NCBI GenBank assembly: GCA_964270895.1 | Contig: OZ185438.1 | From: Podarcis filfolensis | Taxonomy: Eukaryota | Strand: one strand, 5' to 3' | DNA: 64,000 bases | In this document: piece by piece, positions 25,037 to 36,669 of the stretch | How positions within the stretch are numbered: position 1 is the stretch's first letter | How the letters are laid out: each line of letters starts with the position of its first letter | Notes under the pieces: generated by a model | What the model saw: only the letters and a program-made list of their open reading frames with translations | What the model was told of the DNA's origin: nothing | Database searches by the model: none | Made by a program: the position numbers and the translations under genes

Positions 25037-25066
<30 letters not shown>
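25037..25066. repeat. (TG)n microsatellite
   Basis: Direct reading. Other (CA/TG)n tracts at about 27618-27643, 28966-29001, 35146-35181 and 63647-63665. Confidence 0.9.
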
Positions 25067-25068
<2 letters not shown>

Positions 25069-25364
25069 ATACACAGAGAGCAGCCCAAAGCAGATATCAT
25101 CATGGCACACACCAGCAGAGAACAGCTTGGATCCATATGAGAAGGCAATATTTATCAATAAAATTATTCCTTAAGCTCTTCTTATTGCTCAGACTTCAAA
25201 ATATGATATTAACCTGCAAGTCTAAGTAAATATTTAATGGAAAAGAAATGAGTAAGAGATTCCTTAAGGGATCTGATTTTGGTTTCACTTGCATCAGAAA
25301 GTTATAAATACTTGAACATGGAAATCATTTGTAACACTGGTGTATTTTCAGTGCTGAGGTTCCA

Positions 25365-26215
25365 GGTATCAAGCCATCAACTCAGCCATAACATCCTTCT
25401 GGACCATCTTGAGGAGCTGGTATCTGGGGGCAGTGTTATACAGTGGTTCCGCTCTTTTCTCCTGGGCTGTGTCCAGAAAGTGGTGTTGGGGGATGAGTGT
25501 TCAAACCCTGGGCTCTCACTTGTGGGGTGCCTCAGGGTTTCATCCTCTCTCCCATGCTTTTTAATATCTACATGATGCCTCTGGGAGAGATCATCAGGCG
25601 GTTTGGGCTGCGTGTTCATCATTATGCGATGCTCTACCTCTCTTTTAAATCAGAACCAGTGAGGGCAGTGAAGGTCCTGTGTGAGCGTCTGGAAGCAGTT
25701 GGAGGATGGATGACAGCTAACAGATTGAGACTGAAGACAGAAGTACTGTTTTGGGGGGTATGCTCTAGTTATCTCTTGCTTGGACTACTGCAATGTGTTC
25801 TATGTGGGGCTACCTTTGAAGGTGACCTGGAAACTACAACTAATCCAGAATGCAGCAGCTAGACTGGTGACTGGGAGCAGCTGCCGAGACCATATAACAC
25901 TGGTCCTGCAAGACCTGCATTGGCTCACAGTATGTTTCCGAGCACAATTCAAAGTGTTGGTACTGACCTTTAAAGTCCTAAACGGCCTTGGCCCAGTATA
26001 CCTCAAGGAGCGTCTCCACCCCACTGAGGTCCAGCGCCGAGGGCCTTCTGATGATTTTCTCGCTGTGAGAAGTGAGGTTACAGGGAACCAGGCAGAGGGC
26101 CTTCTCAGTGGTGGTGCCTGCCCTGTGGAACACCCTCCCATCAGATGTCAAGGAAACTACCTGACTTTCAGAAGACATCCAAAGGCAACCCTGTTTAGGG
26201 AAGTTTTTAATGTTT
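25365..26215 (+). mobile_element. L2 LINE fragment with dead RT (internal deletions)
   Basis: Translations LLDHLEEL...QWFRSFL, CGVPQGFILSPMLFNIYMMPLGEIIRRFG and DYCNVFYVGLPLKVTWKLQLIQNAAARLVTG. The YADD motif is reduced to HYAMLY, and the segment present at about 10590-10740 is missing. Confidence 0.92.
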
Positions 26216-26335
26216 TATTCTGTTTTCCTGCTGACTTCAGGACATGCGTAAGGCCTGAGTTTTTTATAGAATCCCCATCAGATTTGATCCACTATGTTTC
26301 CCTTCTATAAAAAGGATCTGAAGATAACCTACTTT

Positions 26336-26916
26336 CAGGACCATCTTAAGCACATATGCTTTGCACTGGGGTGCAAAGATCCACCCAACACCCCCTCCCC
26401 CAGGTTGCCCCAGATTTGTGAACCCTTTTCTAGGGGGGACCCCAAAGTTGTTGACCTTTTTTTAGGTGGGCCAGCGAGGCGCACACAGCAGAACTGAGCT
26501 GGCCGGATGCCTCAGCCCGAGGAGCCCGAGGTGGCGGCGGTAGCAGAGCAAAGCTAGGGCCAGGCACCTGGAGGGTGCAAGCAGAGCCCAGCGCAACAAC
26601 AGTCACGCCTGAGGCGGCGGCGGCGGCAACTGAGCGAATCTGGGCACCTCGTGTGAGCAGCATGTGCTGGGCTCTTGACGGCCCACCAATCCCAGGCACG
26701 CAGGAGGGCAGAGCCAGCTGGCAGCCTCAGCACCTCGCTCACCCACAGCAGAAGAGCTGTGGCACTCCGATGGGCTCTGCTCTGCTCAGCAGTGGCTGTC
26801 AGTTCTTCCCAATCCCTGGACTCCAAATCTCGGCCCTGGACTCTTGGCCTCGCACGCCTGAGAGACCAGCACCTGGGTGCCCCACACCCCTAGCGCCTAT
26901 GGGTAAGATGGCCCTG
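26336..26916. mobile_element. Non-autonomous hAT element, family B copy 2
   Basis: TIR caggaccatctta / taagatggccctg (12/13). Perfect 8-bp TSD cctacttt at 26328-26335 and 26917-26924. Confidence 0.92.
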
Positions 26917-27617
26917 CCTACTTTACAAAGTAATTGTGAGGATAAATACCAGAATGCCTACAAAGAGTGTCCCAGTATGTTAGAAGTACAATAGAAATGG
27001 GAATAACAATTATTCTACCCTATGTCCAGTTTTGACCACCAAGATGCCACTGTAAAACCAGTATGAGATCAAAACAATAGCCTCTCTGAGTCTCTTCAAC
27101 AAACCTCTCTCCCTCTCCCTCTCCTAGACTCTCAGATGCTCAGCATTTGAAACTATAAAGCTAAGCAGATGTGTCAATAACGTATTCGTAAGGCATGGAT
27201 CTGCTTCAGGTACTGAGATGTCTAAGCTTACAGCTTAAATTGTAGACACAACATGTAAACACCCATTTATCTGCAGCTGCTACTAAGCTAGAGGCATTTG
27301 ATCAGAAACCAAACTCTTCTCTTTCACCGAGGATCAGGTCTAAACATCATATTCACAAAAAAATTGGGGGGAAATAATTTATATGAATGTATTTCAAGTG
27401 GAATCAAAATAACATGACGGTGGGGCATCCTTACTATTCCAATGAGGTTTCTGAGGCTGGTTCCCCCCCCCCTCAATATATAGAATGCTGTTGCAGCATT
27501 CCTTCATTACGAGAAGGATTCACTAATCAGAATACAGAAAAAGGCAATCAAAATGACAATAAAGCTGGAGCAACAGTCCTCCTGGGGAGGGTTACAATGC
27601 TTGGAGCTTTTTTGTTT

Positions 27618-27648
<31 letters not shown>

Positions 27649-27789
27649 TGGGGAGTTGATAGAGTTGTATGGAATTATGCATGGTGTGAAGAAAGTGGAC
27701 AGACATGGAGAAGTCCCCCCCGCAACCTCTCTCATATTTCTGAAACCTGGGGTCATCCAATGAGCCTGAGTGCCACATTTCCAGAAAAG

Positions 27790-28110
27790 ACCAGAGGGAG
27801 TAATTCTTTGCGTAGTGCATAATTAAATTGTGGAATTTGCTACCACAAGACGTTCATCCAAATTGGGCGGCTTCAAAAAGTAGACAAATTCATGGAGGTT
27901 AAAATGGCTGCTAGTAGTGAGGGCTGTACCCTACTTCCAGCATGAGAGACAACCCTGTTCTAAATTTTAGTTGCTGGGGAGCGACTGCATGAGAGGGCTA
28001 TGGTGCTCATGGGCTCATGGGCTTGTCATAGGCACCTGGTTGCTATGGGAAACAGAACAATGGATTGGCAGGGCTGGATTGGCAGAGTCATTCTGATGTT
28101 CTCATGGAAG
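27790..28110 (+). mobile_element. Decayed CR1 3' fragment
   Basis: attaaattgtggaatttgctaccacaag...tagacaaattcatggagg... is the same family as 565-1175, in the opposite orientation. Confidence 0.65.
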
Positions 28111-28960
28111 AACTTAGGGGAGTCAAAGGTAGTTCAAGAAAGATAACCAACTTTCTTAGGGAAGGTCCAGCATATCCCGGTATGGCATCTTACAGCAAAA
28201 CATCTGAGGAATCAAAGCCCCTTTCAGGCAATTGCTAGGCAAGGTACCACATGTGTATGTGTGTGAGGGAGACACATTCATCAGAATATCTGTAGAAGTC
28301 TGTACACCTAACTGTATGCATGGGGGTTCTCTACTGATGTTTTAATGAAGGCACATACTGTAGGTTGGGACACTGCCTGCAACTGTGATTCCATATGCAG
28401 CTATTCTGTCCTTTTGTACCCTGTACTCATTGTATTCATGGAAAAGGCTGGGTAGGAGGACTTAGGGGACTTTGTACACCCCTGTTTGCTCAGGTCTCTG
28501 TCCACAGCCTGCACAAAGAGAAGTGTTGATTTACTGGGAAAATGCTGGAAAGCCTCCTCGAGACACAGATTATTTGTCTCCATTAATGGAAAAATGCAGT
28601 AAAAATTAAGCGTGAAGAATGAGAACATTGGAAGATGTAACAGCCTGCATTGACTAGCAGCTGAAATTCACTGCCCCACATGATGTGTAACTAATCACAG
28701 CAGGCAGACATTCTGCTTGCACTTTCAGTATTAATAACATTTTTCTTCTGACTCATCATTAAGCCAGAGCAGATTTATTGGCCATCAGCGCTGGCTTCCC
28801 CATGCTGCCAATATCACTGAGCACATCACCTATCGGCCAGCTGTTTGCCATGACATTTACCAGCATGATCATTCAGAGAGGATAAGTTTTAGTATTAAAA
28901 GCTAAAATCTTCCTGATTCAAATGCAACACATTTCTTTATTCCGCATCCCCCACTCTCTC

Positions 28961-29005
<45 letters not shown>

Positions 29006-29221
29006 TCTCTCTTCCTTTCCGTCTCTCACACACTCCTGTATTGGCATTCGTACAACATTGACATGTGATTTGGTTTGTGAATCCACCATTTTACTATGTT
29101 GGGGTTGGTTTTGCAAGTTTTCTTTTCCATACAAAAATGAAAGGGAAAATCACCTCATCATGTTTCTTTTACCTCAAAGGTCATGTGATTCAGTATTCTG
29201 TCACACACTCTTTTATATAAA

Positions 29222-29278
29222 CCCTTCCTTCCTTCCTTCCTTCCTTCCTTCCTTCCTTCCTTCCTCTCTCTCTCTCTC
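29222..29278. repeat. (CCTT)n(CT)n microsatellite
   Basis: Direct reading of the sequence. Confidence 0.9.
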
Positions 29279-32200
29279 ACTCACACAAGGAAAATATGTA
29301 TGATCCGTACTGGTATTCAGCTGCTTTGTTTGATAGCCATGATGGTTACAAAAGTGTCATTAGTCTCCCCAACTTTTTTTGTGCAGTCACTTTTGACTCT
29401 CTGAAAACAGGCTCAGCATACTTGGGCTATATAGCGTTTTAAAAATAAAATATTCCATAAAACACTGAGGTTATATAAACAATTAACGAAATTGGAATTG
29501 TCACAATAAATAAATAAAGAGCCCTTTGTGATTCATGATCCTGGCTCCTTTTTCTATACTCTCTAGTTCACAAAATTCTCAGTGGGTGTCACAGTCATTC
29601 ATGTGAATTAGCCGGATCCTCTCATATTCATCTTCCATAATGACCTTTATAGCTATGTTGCTACAATGCATCTGAATAATAAAACACACAGCTGTGTTAA
29701 GAAGTGATGCATACTCCCTTGTTGCCTCTTGTGGAAAAGATATGCTGCCCAATATACCTGCAGGGATTCACTTATTGGGATTGTTGCTCACCTATTTTCC
29801 TCAGCGCCCCAACCCACATATTCAATACACCCCACAATAACAGCAGCAGTTTCACCATCACTTTCTTGTTCAAACATGCTGTGAAGGTTATGATCATTAC
29901 CCAGTGGCTGAAATCAACAGACATGGCACCAGAGTCAGTCGCGAGTACCAGCACTAGCCACCTTCCCAAATGAGCATCACTTGCCAAGCCGACTCTCTTT
30001 GGTAGCCTCTGCAGTTCATGGGACAACAAGCTGTGAGCTCCATGTTTTGAAATAAGCAATAATCTGAAATAAAATAAAAGGGTGCCAAAAGGAAACATTG
30101 TTCTGCTTTGGAGCCCTGGTGTGAAGGAGTTGGGCTGATGGCAGCTGACAGTATGACACTTTCTCCAATATGGCATTTATGACTCCAGGATTTCTCCATC
30201 AGCCACTTTATTAACCAAGGACTGAGTCCTCTTAAATGCAGATTCACAAGAGCAGATAAAGTTCCCTAGTGAAAGCAACAGGAAGCAGATGAGCTGTGCT
30301 ATCTCCTGTGGTGGTGAGATGAGAGAGAAAGAACAGGTGGCTTTATTTATAAGCTTCCCCCAGACACCGAGTTACTAGTTTAGCAGAGACTGAGGATCCA
30401 CAATCTGCTGAGGCAGGACAGTTTGTAGTTGGATTTCCCCTGGAGATAAAATAGTTTTGTGTTGTTGTTTTAAATTAGGACTGATAGCTTAGGTGTTCTG
30501 ACTATCTAAAGAGCCTACACTGAGGACCTTCTGTTCAAATGGTCTTGTAGCAGGAATAATAATAATCTAATCACACACAAGCAATCTAATTGCACACAAA
30601 CAATGGAAGGGCAAATGCATCATAGGCAAAACAACAACCTTGGTTCGAAAATCATAGCAACACAACTCACCATACTCCTCAAGGTGAGTAAAATATGCTT
30701 TTTACAAGGGAATAATGAGATTAGTAAAAAATGATTTGTTTTAAACTCAAATTAATAACTACAATACAAAACTCATTTAAAAACACTCATGATTTATGTT
30801 AGCAGTGTCCCTTTAATAGTACCAGTGTCATCATAATAAGGCAAATTATTATTGATAATGAGATCAAATCTTCTCTGCCATATTTCCCACCAAAAGATAT
30901 TTGCAGACTGTCTGTAGGTGAATTTCTTAAGTCCAGCACAGGGCCTATTACTCAATATGATGATGTACCTTCAAGGACTTTAGTTTCTCAGCAATGCTGA
31001 GAACTGAGTCCAGCTAACTCATGGACTGAGAACCTCTGGCACTCCAGATGTTGTTTGACTCCAACTCCCACCATCCCGAACCACTAACAATGGTCGAGGA
31101 CAGATGGGACCTGGTTTCAAACAACATCTGTAAGACTGCAGGTTCCCCAGACCTGAGTTAACTCATTTTTGTGAATGGTTCACTCAAGCAAGAGAAATTT
31201 TCCCATTGATGGCAAAAAAGCCAGCAAATAAACAATTAAAATCAGAAAGAAAGAAACCAAAACCCCAGCTGGGAGTAAAGGAGAAGAACTGTGTGGTGGA
31301 TCCAGTACCACATCTGAAGCCATGCCACACACAGTGGAAGTTGGTGGATTTCTTTCCCTTTTTTGCTGCCCCAGTTCCAGACTGGTGCAGTCCAGGAAAT
31401 GTCCCAGCTTGGGATCCAACAGAACCATCACCAGGGCTTTTTTCACCAACACCTTTGTAACACCCAATATAGTGGCCACGGTTGGCTTGAACACTTCCAT
31501 CTCATCCTAATTCCCCCCAGTTGTACAGATCAGGGGTTAGGATTGCCTGGCAGTGGAATTAATGAATTTCTTGGTGATGGTGATTTAGGCAGCAGTTCTA
31601 TAGACTAAAGCCTATTAAATTTAATGAGACTAAATTTAGGACTGCACTGTTACAGACTGTTCAAAGTTAAGTCATATTGAGCTCTGACAAATGGGTATAA
31701 AATTGCAGCCTTCAAATACAATTCTTCCCAGTTCCATATAGGAAGGCCCCTATAAGACAAAGGTGGGCAGACTTCAGGCTTGCAGGATCTACTTTTTCTT
31801 TTCTTTTTACAAGAACTCCAAATGGAGCTTAGTGCAAAAAGCCACATACATTTAGAATGAAAGAATCCTGAGTATCTGTGAGCACAAGAACGGAAAGAAG
31901 GTCACCGTCTTCCACACAAAAAGCTTCTTTAACTTACCATTACTAAAATATATAATTTAGAGTGGTGGTTGGCTTCATTTTGTTCCTGCTATTGTTAAAC
32001 AACAGAGAGCCAGAAATTCTTGCCAGTCTTCTGAAATTAGCCAGAGATCGCCCAGTTGATCTAGATCTACCTTCTGCCCACCCCTGCCATAAGACATTCC
32101 CATGCTGAAAAGATCATTGTTCATCTTTGTAAACTCTGGCATCATCCTTGTGAACATTCATACCAGGTTTTGCACAAATATTATTTCTTAGGAGACTAAA

Positions 32201-33189
32201 GAGAAATGCATATATTTAAGTGCATATGGCATTTATTTAGTTTTGTTTTTGATGTTGCTAAATGATGTAGGATAGTCATTGCCAACTTTTGTTTAAACTT
32301 TAGCAGGAACCTTTTACAAAACAGAAAATGTATAATTGGCCACTATTCTGTGACAGTGTTTGAGAAAAGGACTGAAACATTGGTCTAAAGAGCAATTTCA
32401 AATATTCAGTTACTGAGGTGGCATAGTTATACACCTGGGTAACTTGAACACCTCTCTTTGCATGCAGATTCATTTGTTTAAAAACATTGCTATTTGCAAA
32501 TCTTGGGTCAGTCTTCTAAGCTGCCTCAGTCTTTAATATTTAAAAAAGCAAATATTTTCATATTGTCAACACCTCTGAGAATATCAAAGGAAAAATGGAG
32601 CACACAAACTCACCACAAGCTCATTTTTCTCATGTGTTCATCATCATGATAACATTTAACACGAAAGGTTGGGTAGATATGGATCCTAAAGCATTATTGT
32701 AGATAGCTGAAGCTCTTCTTTCACCAATTTTATATAAACAAGACAGACACTTACCTAAAAGAGAGAAAGAGAGAGGGCAGTGTGTGTTTATAGAACTCTG
32801 AAAATAAAGGTTGCCATTTATAATTTCTATAGTACACGCTGGTGCATCTGTAGCAGCAAAAATGGTCACCTTCATCTGCCCCACCTGAAATAAAACATGT
32901 CTCTCCCATGTTGGTCTCTACAGCCACAGCAGGTGCTGTAATTCCAATAGTTTGACTTTACCCATGACTTTCCATAGTCCCATGAGACAGGCAATTACCA
33001 ACGACATGCTGGTAAACAAAGTGTCCACTGTCACTACAAATCTGTGAATTGAGGCTGGTTGTTCAGTGCCACCCAGCTGATTATCATTCTAGGACTTCGT
33101 TGACCAAATCTAGTATTGATCCTGTCCACTTTATCCTGGGACTGCTGAAGTATTAAGAAACAACTTAAGAGCTGAGTTACATAGTACGT

Positions 33190-33393
33190 ATGGTGAGCCA
33201 GATCATTGGCCCATCCAGCTCAGTATTGTCTCCCATGAGCATCTGGTCACCTACTGTGAGAAGGATGCTGGACGAGATGGACCACTGGGCACTTCTTATG
33301 ATTGGGTTTCTTCTAGCCCTATCTGGAGATGCTGGGGATTGAACCTGAGACCTCCTTCATGCAAAGCAGATGCTCTACCAGTGAGCTATGGTC
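33190..33393 (-). mobile_element. tRNA-Ala-derived SINE
   Basis: Minus-strand head gaccatagctcactggtagagcatctgctttgcatgaaggaggtctcaggttcaatccccagcatctcca (33393-33324). Other copies at about 34482-34660 (+), 38927-39075 (+), 39078-39215 (-), 52540-52685 (-) and 57225-57360 (+). Confidence 0.8.
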
Positions 33394-34770
33394 CTTTCCT
33401 GACTGCATGTATTAATGCCCACGCCCTGAAAAAGCCACCCCAAAATCCATGAGAATATGGCAGCTAGCATGATAGAAAAAAGGTCACAGCCTAGCCTTCT
33501 CGCCTTGTAACATACAAGATGTAATTTGGAATTTGTGAGGAGCATTGGCAAAGCTTTCTGGGGGTTAGAGAACCCCGTCTCAGGAAGTATGGGACTGTTA
33601 TGGTCAATAATGAGAGCTATTGGCTATAGACAGATGCCTGGGCTATGTCTGAATGTGGCATTTACCAGCCTTCCATCTGCTTCTTCTGCTCCATCTATAA
33701 ATCAGGGTGGAAAATTCTCCCCCCACCCCTCTGCATTCACAGCTATAAGACCAAAATGCTTATTTCATGCACCAACTAATTTGTGAGTTTTAGTGAGGAA
33801 CTCTCAGCAAAAGAAAAAAAGGAAAAGGAAAAGAAGGAACAAAACTAAGAGGAACCTGCAAATGAATTCTCTCTGTGCAACATGTGTGTACAGTCCCATT
33901 AGCAGCAGCACAGCAGGCAATCGATTAGGGAGGAAAAAATGGCTTTTTTTATGGTAATGGATTTTGAGACTCCTGGTGATAATTTATTTACTAGGAATTT
34001 TGCAGAGCTGGCTAGCATGCTGATGAAAGCCATCAGAATGGGTTCATTTTAAAATGAGCCCCAAAGAGGAGAGGGGGGAAGTTGTGTTGCTTATTTTGTA
34101 GAAATATTGTTATTAAATCATCTGAAATGTATTGATAAAATGTGCTTGAGAGCTACACAGCTGTAATTTATAATACAAATTATACTGCTATTGACAAATG
34201 GCAATTTAATCCAGCGATTAACTTTAACAATGTGAATTCTTCTGCTGCCTTTTTTTTTCCTTGGAGGAAAACAAACAAACAAAGAACCAGCCACGTTGCA
34301 TACAGTAGAAGAGGTGTGCTTTGTGCTGGGCTGCCCAGATACTACAACAACACCAGCGACCTTGCACTTAATTTGTTTCCGAAGGAGCACACAACTGAAA
34401 TTAACCTAACCAACCATTTCACAACTTCTACAAAAACGAATGGAGGTCTCAGGTATGCATGTGGTCCTGTCCCTAATCAACCCATAGCTAAGATGGTTCA
34501 ATGATAAAACAATGCTTGTGTGAGGAAGGCTCCATGTTCAATTCCTGGCATCTCCAGGTAGGACTGGGTAAAACTGCTGCCTGAAACCCTGAAAGGCTAC
34601 TACCAATCTTGAGCTAGATTGACCACTGATTTGACTTGGAATGGAACACCTTCCTCTAACATTTGCATGGTCCACTGTGTGCTTGTGTGTGCATAACCAC
34701 AGCTAGACATGAAATGGTGCTTCCTTTCATATACATGTTCTGTTACAAACTGTGCATAGTGTTAGTTTTC

Positions 34771-35005
34771 TATTTTATTTTATTTATTTATTGCATTTAA
34801 GTCCCACCTTTTCTCCAAGGCATTCAAGGTGGTGTATATGGTTTCCTCATTCCATATTTAACCCCCACAACAACCCTGTGAGTTGGATAGGCTGAGAGTG
34901 AGCGACAGACCCAAGGTCACCCAAAGAGCTTAATGGCTGAGTGGGGATTTGAACTTTGTTCTTCCAGGTCCTAGTCTGACACTCTAACCACTACACCACA
35001 TTGGC
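34771..35005 (-). mobile_element. tRNA/MIR-like squamate SINE
   Basis: Reverse complement of the 8294-8503 family, with a (TTTA)n tail and the head tgtggtgtagtggttagagtgtcagactagg. Confidence 0.8.
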
Positions 35006-35143
35006 TCTCTTTCTTGTCTGGATGAAGGATACAGAGGGGAATGTCCATGTATGTAGAAACTAGCCTAACAGTACAAATGTGTATTTTTTTACCTGGCTGC
35101 AACCTGTCCTTGAACTTCTGTAATCCCTTTTGCTTGTGTGTAT

Positions 35144-35182
<39 letters not shown>

Positions 35183-36489
35183 AACTCTGACTTTTGTGTG
35201 ATTGGAATGTAGCCTGCTGTGCATTGCTCTGCACACTTTTGCTATTGGCCACACTTGCTTTCCCACAAGGAAATACAGCCCTGAGGCAAAAAAGAGAGAA
35301 AGGTCCCCTACCTCTGATTTAAGGGATATTTGAACAGAGGGAACTTCCTCATTCTCCCAGCCGCAACAGCAAGAGGCATAATGAAAATAGGAACAAAATA
35401 ATATTTATATAGCTATATAAAATAACCTGTACAGTCTTTGATTAAGAAGCAGAATGTGGGAAAGAAGTGTAGCTTGAAACTAAGCTTTTCTGTCCCCTGG
35501 GTAATACTAGAGTATACCTTGTCATATAAGAAAGTACTACTGGTATATCACATTTCTATCACTTGCGCAAAGGTGTAAGTGATATCTATTGCACTTACAG
35601 CTCTGAGGAGCAGGGTTAGGTGCAATAATATGCTGTCATCATATCACAATTCAATATTTGCTAGCCTACACTAGCAGAGATTAAAGCTGCAAGTATGCAC
35701 TGGAGTTGGTAATACAGAAAAATATTGGCACTGCCTTTATATAAAAAGAAAAATCAAGGCTTAAAATAATTAATTTGGAAATTGTACAGGATATCGTGGA
35801 AGGCGTTTTTTATTTCAAGGAATTTAGATGGCGTACAACAACAGCTCATTTCATGCCTAGAGATCCTGTGGCGCCTGGGGCCTTTAAGTGGTTAATTCTG
35901 TTTCCCTCTTGTGATTCAACAAAATATTAGTTTCTCACAGCAATTTATATGCTGAGGTGGCAATGCATGAGGATTTTAATCTTTAGGTAAGCTCTTATCA
36001 GGGTCCCACGAGGGGGCACCTAGTATAGGGAATATTTGCTGGTCTTAGAGCTTGTTGGCTGCTTGCCATCTACTAAGTGGTCCTCTACTCAAGCAAAAAT
36101 GCATAAACATTGTCAAGCCCTCTAACGTATCACCCAAATACCAATTGTGATCCTTGTAACCCCAAGAATATATAAGTCCTGACAACACTTGTTAATCAAA
36201 ATCTTGATATAGGCTAAGTCCAAAAAGTGTTGTGTATTAGACAAAGCTGCAGCTCTGGCTTCAGGAACCACAGGGAAATAAGATAATTGCAATACCCTGT
36301 ATCTTTCTTTTAGCCATTCAGCTATTCAGCTTTCACCCCATTTGTGTATCCATTGTACTCCAAATCCAAAAAGAATCTCTGCCCCTTGGTAGAACAGAAA
36401 TGAATGCCACTCATTTCCTTTTACTATTTGCCCCCAAATTTCCATGTAGTTTTATCCTTTTCACACACAAAAAAACCTTTGACATCAAT

Positions 36490-36669
36490 CAGTGGCGTAG
36501 CGTGGGGGGTGCAGGGGGGGCGGGCCGCACCGGGCGCAACATCTGGGGTTAGGGCAAATCCATGGGTTAGGGGGCGCAAATTCACGGGTTAGGGGGTGCA
36601 AATCCACGGGTTTGGGGGCGCAAATTACTTGCCTTGCCCCGGGTGCTGACAACCCACGCTACGCCACTG
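36490..36669. mobile_element. hAT-type MITE with internal 18-22-bp tandem units
   Basis: Perfect 17-bp TIR cagtggcgtagcgtggg / cccacgctacgccactg. Perfect 8-bp TSD acatcaat at 36482-36489 and 36670-36677. Confidence 0.95.

Noticed and set aside
25497-26310. ORFs 25497-25862 and 25780-26310 as a functional reverse transcriptase
   Set aside because: They are L2 debris with frameshifts, an internal deletion and a destroyed YADD motif.
28440-28560. Cadherin-like motif VQAVDRD on the minus strand
   Set aside because: The other cadherin-repeat signatures (DxNDNxPxF, LDRE) are absent, so it is consistent with chance.
32790-32815. NLYFQS resembling a TEV protease site
   Set aside because: It is a six-residue coincidence in an unverified frame, with no vector sequence nearby.
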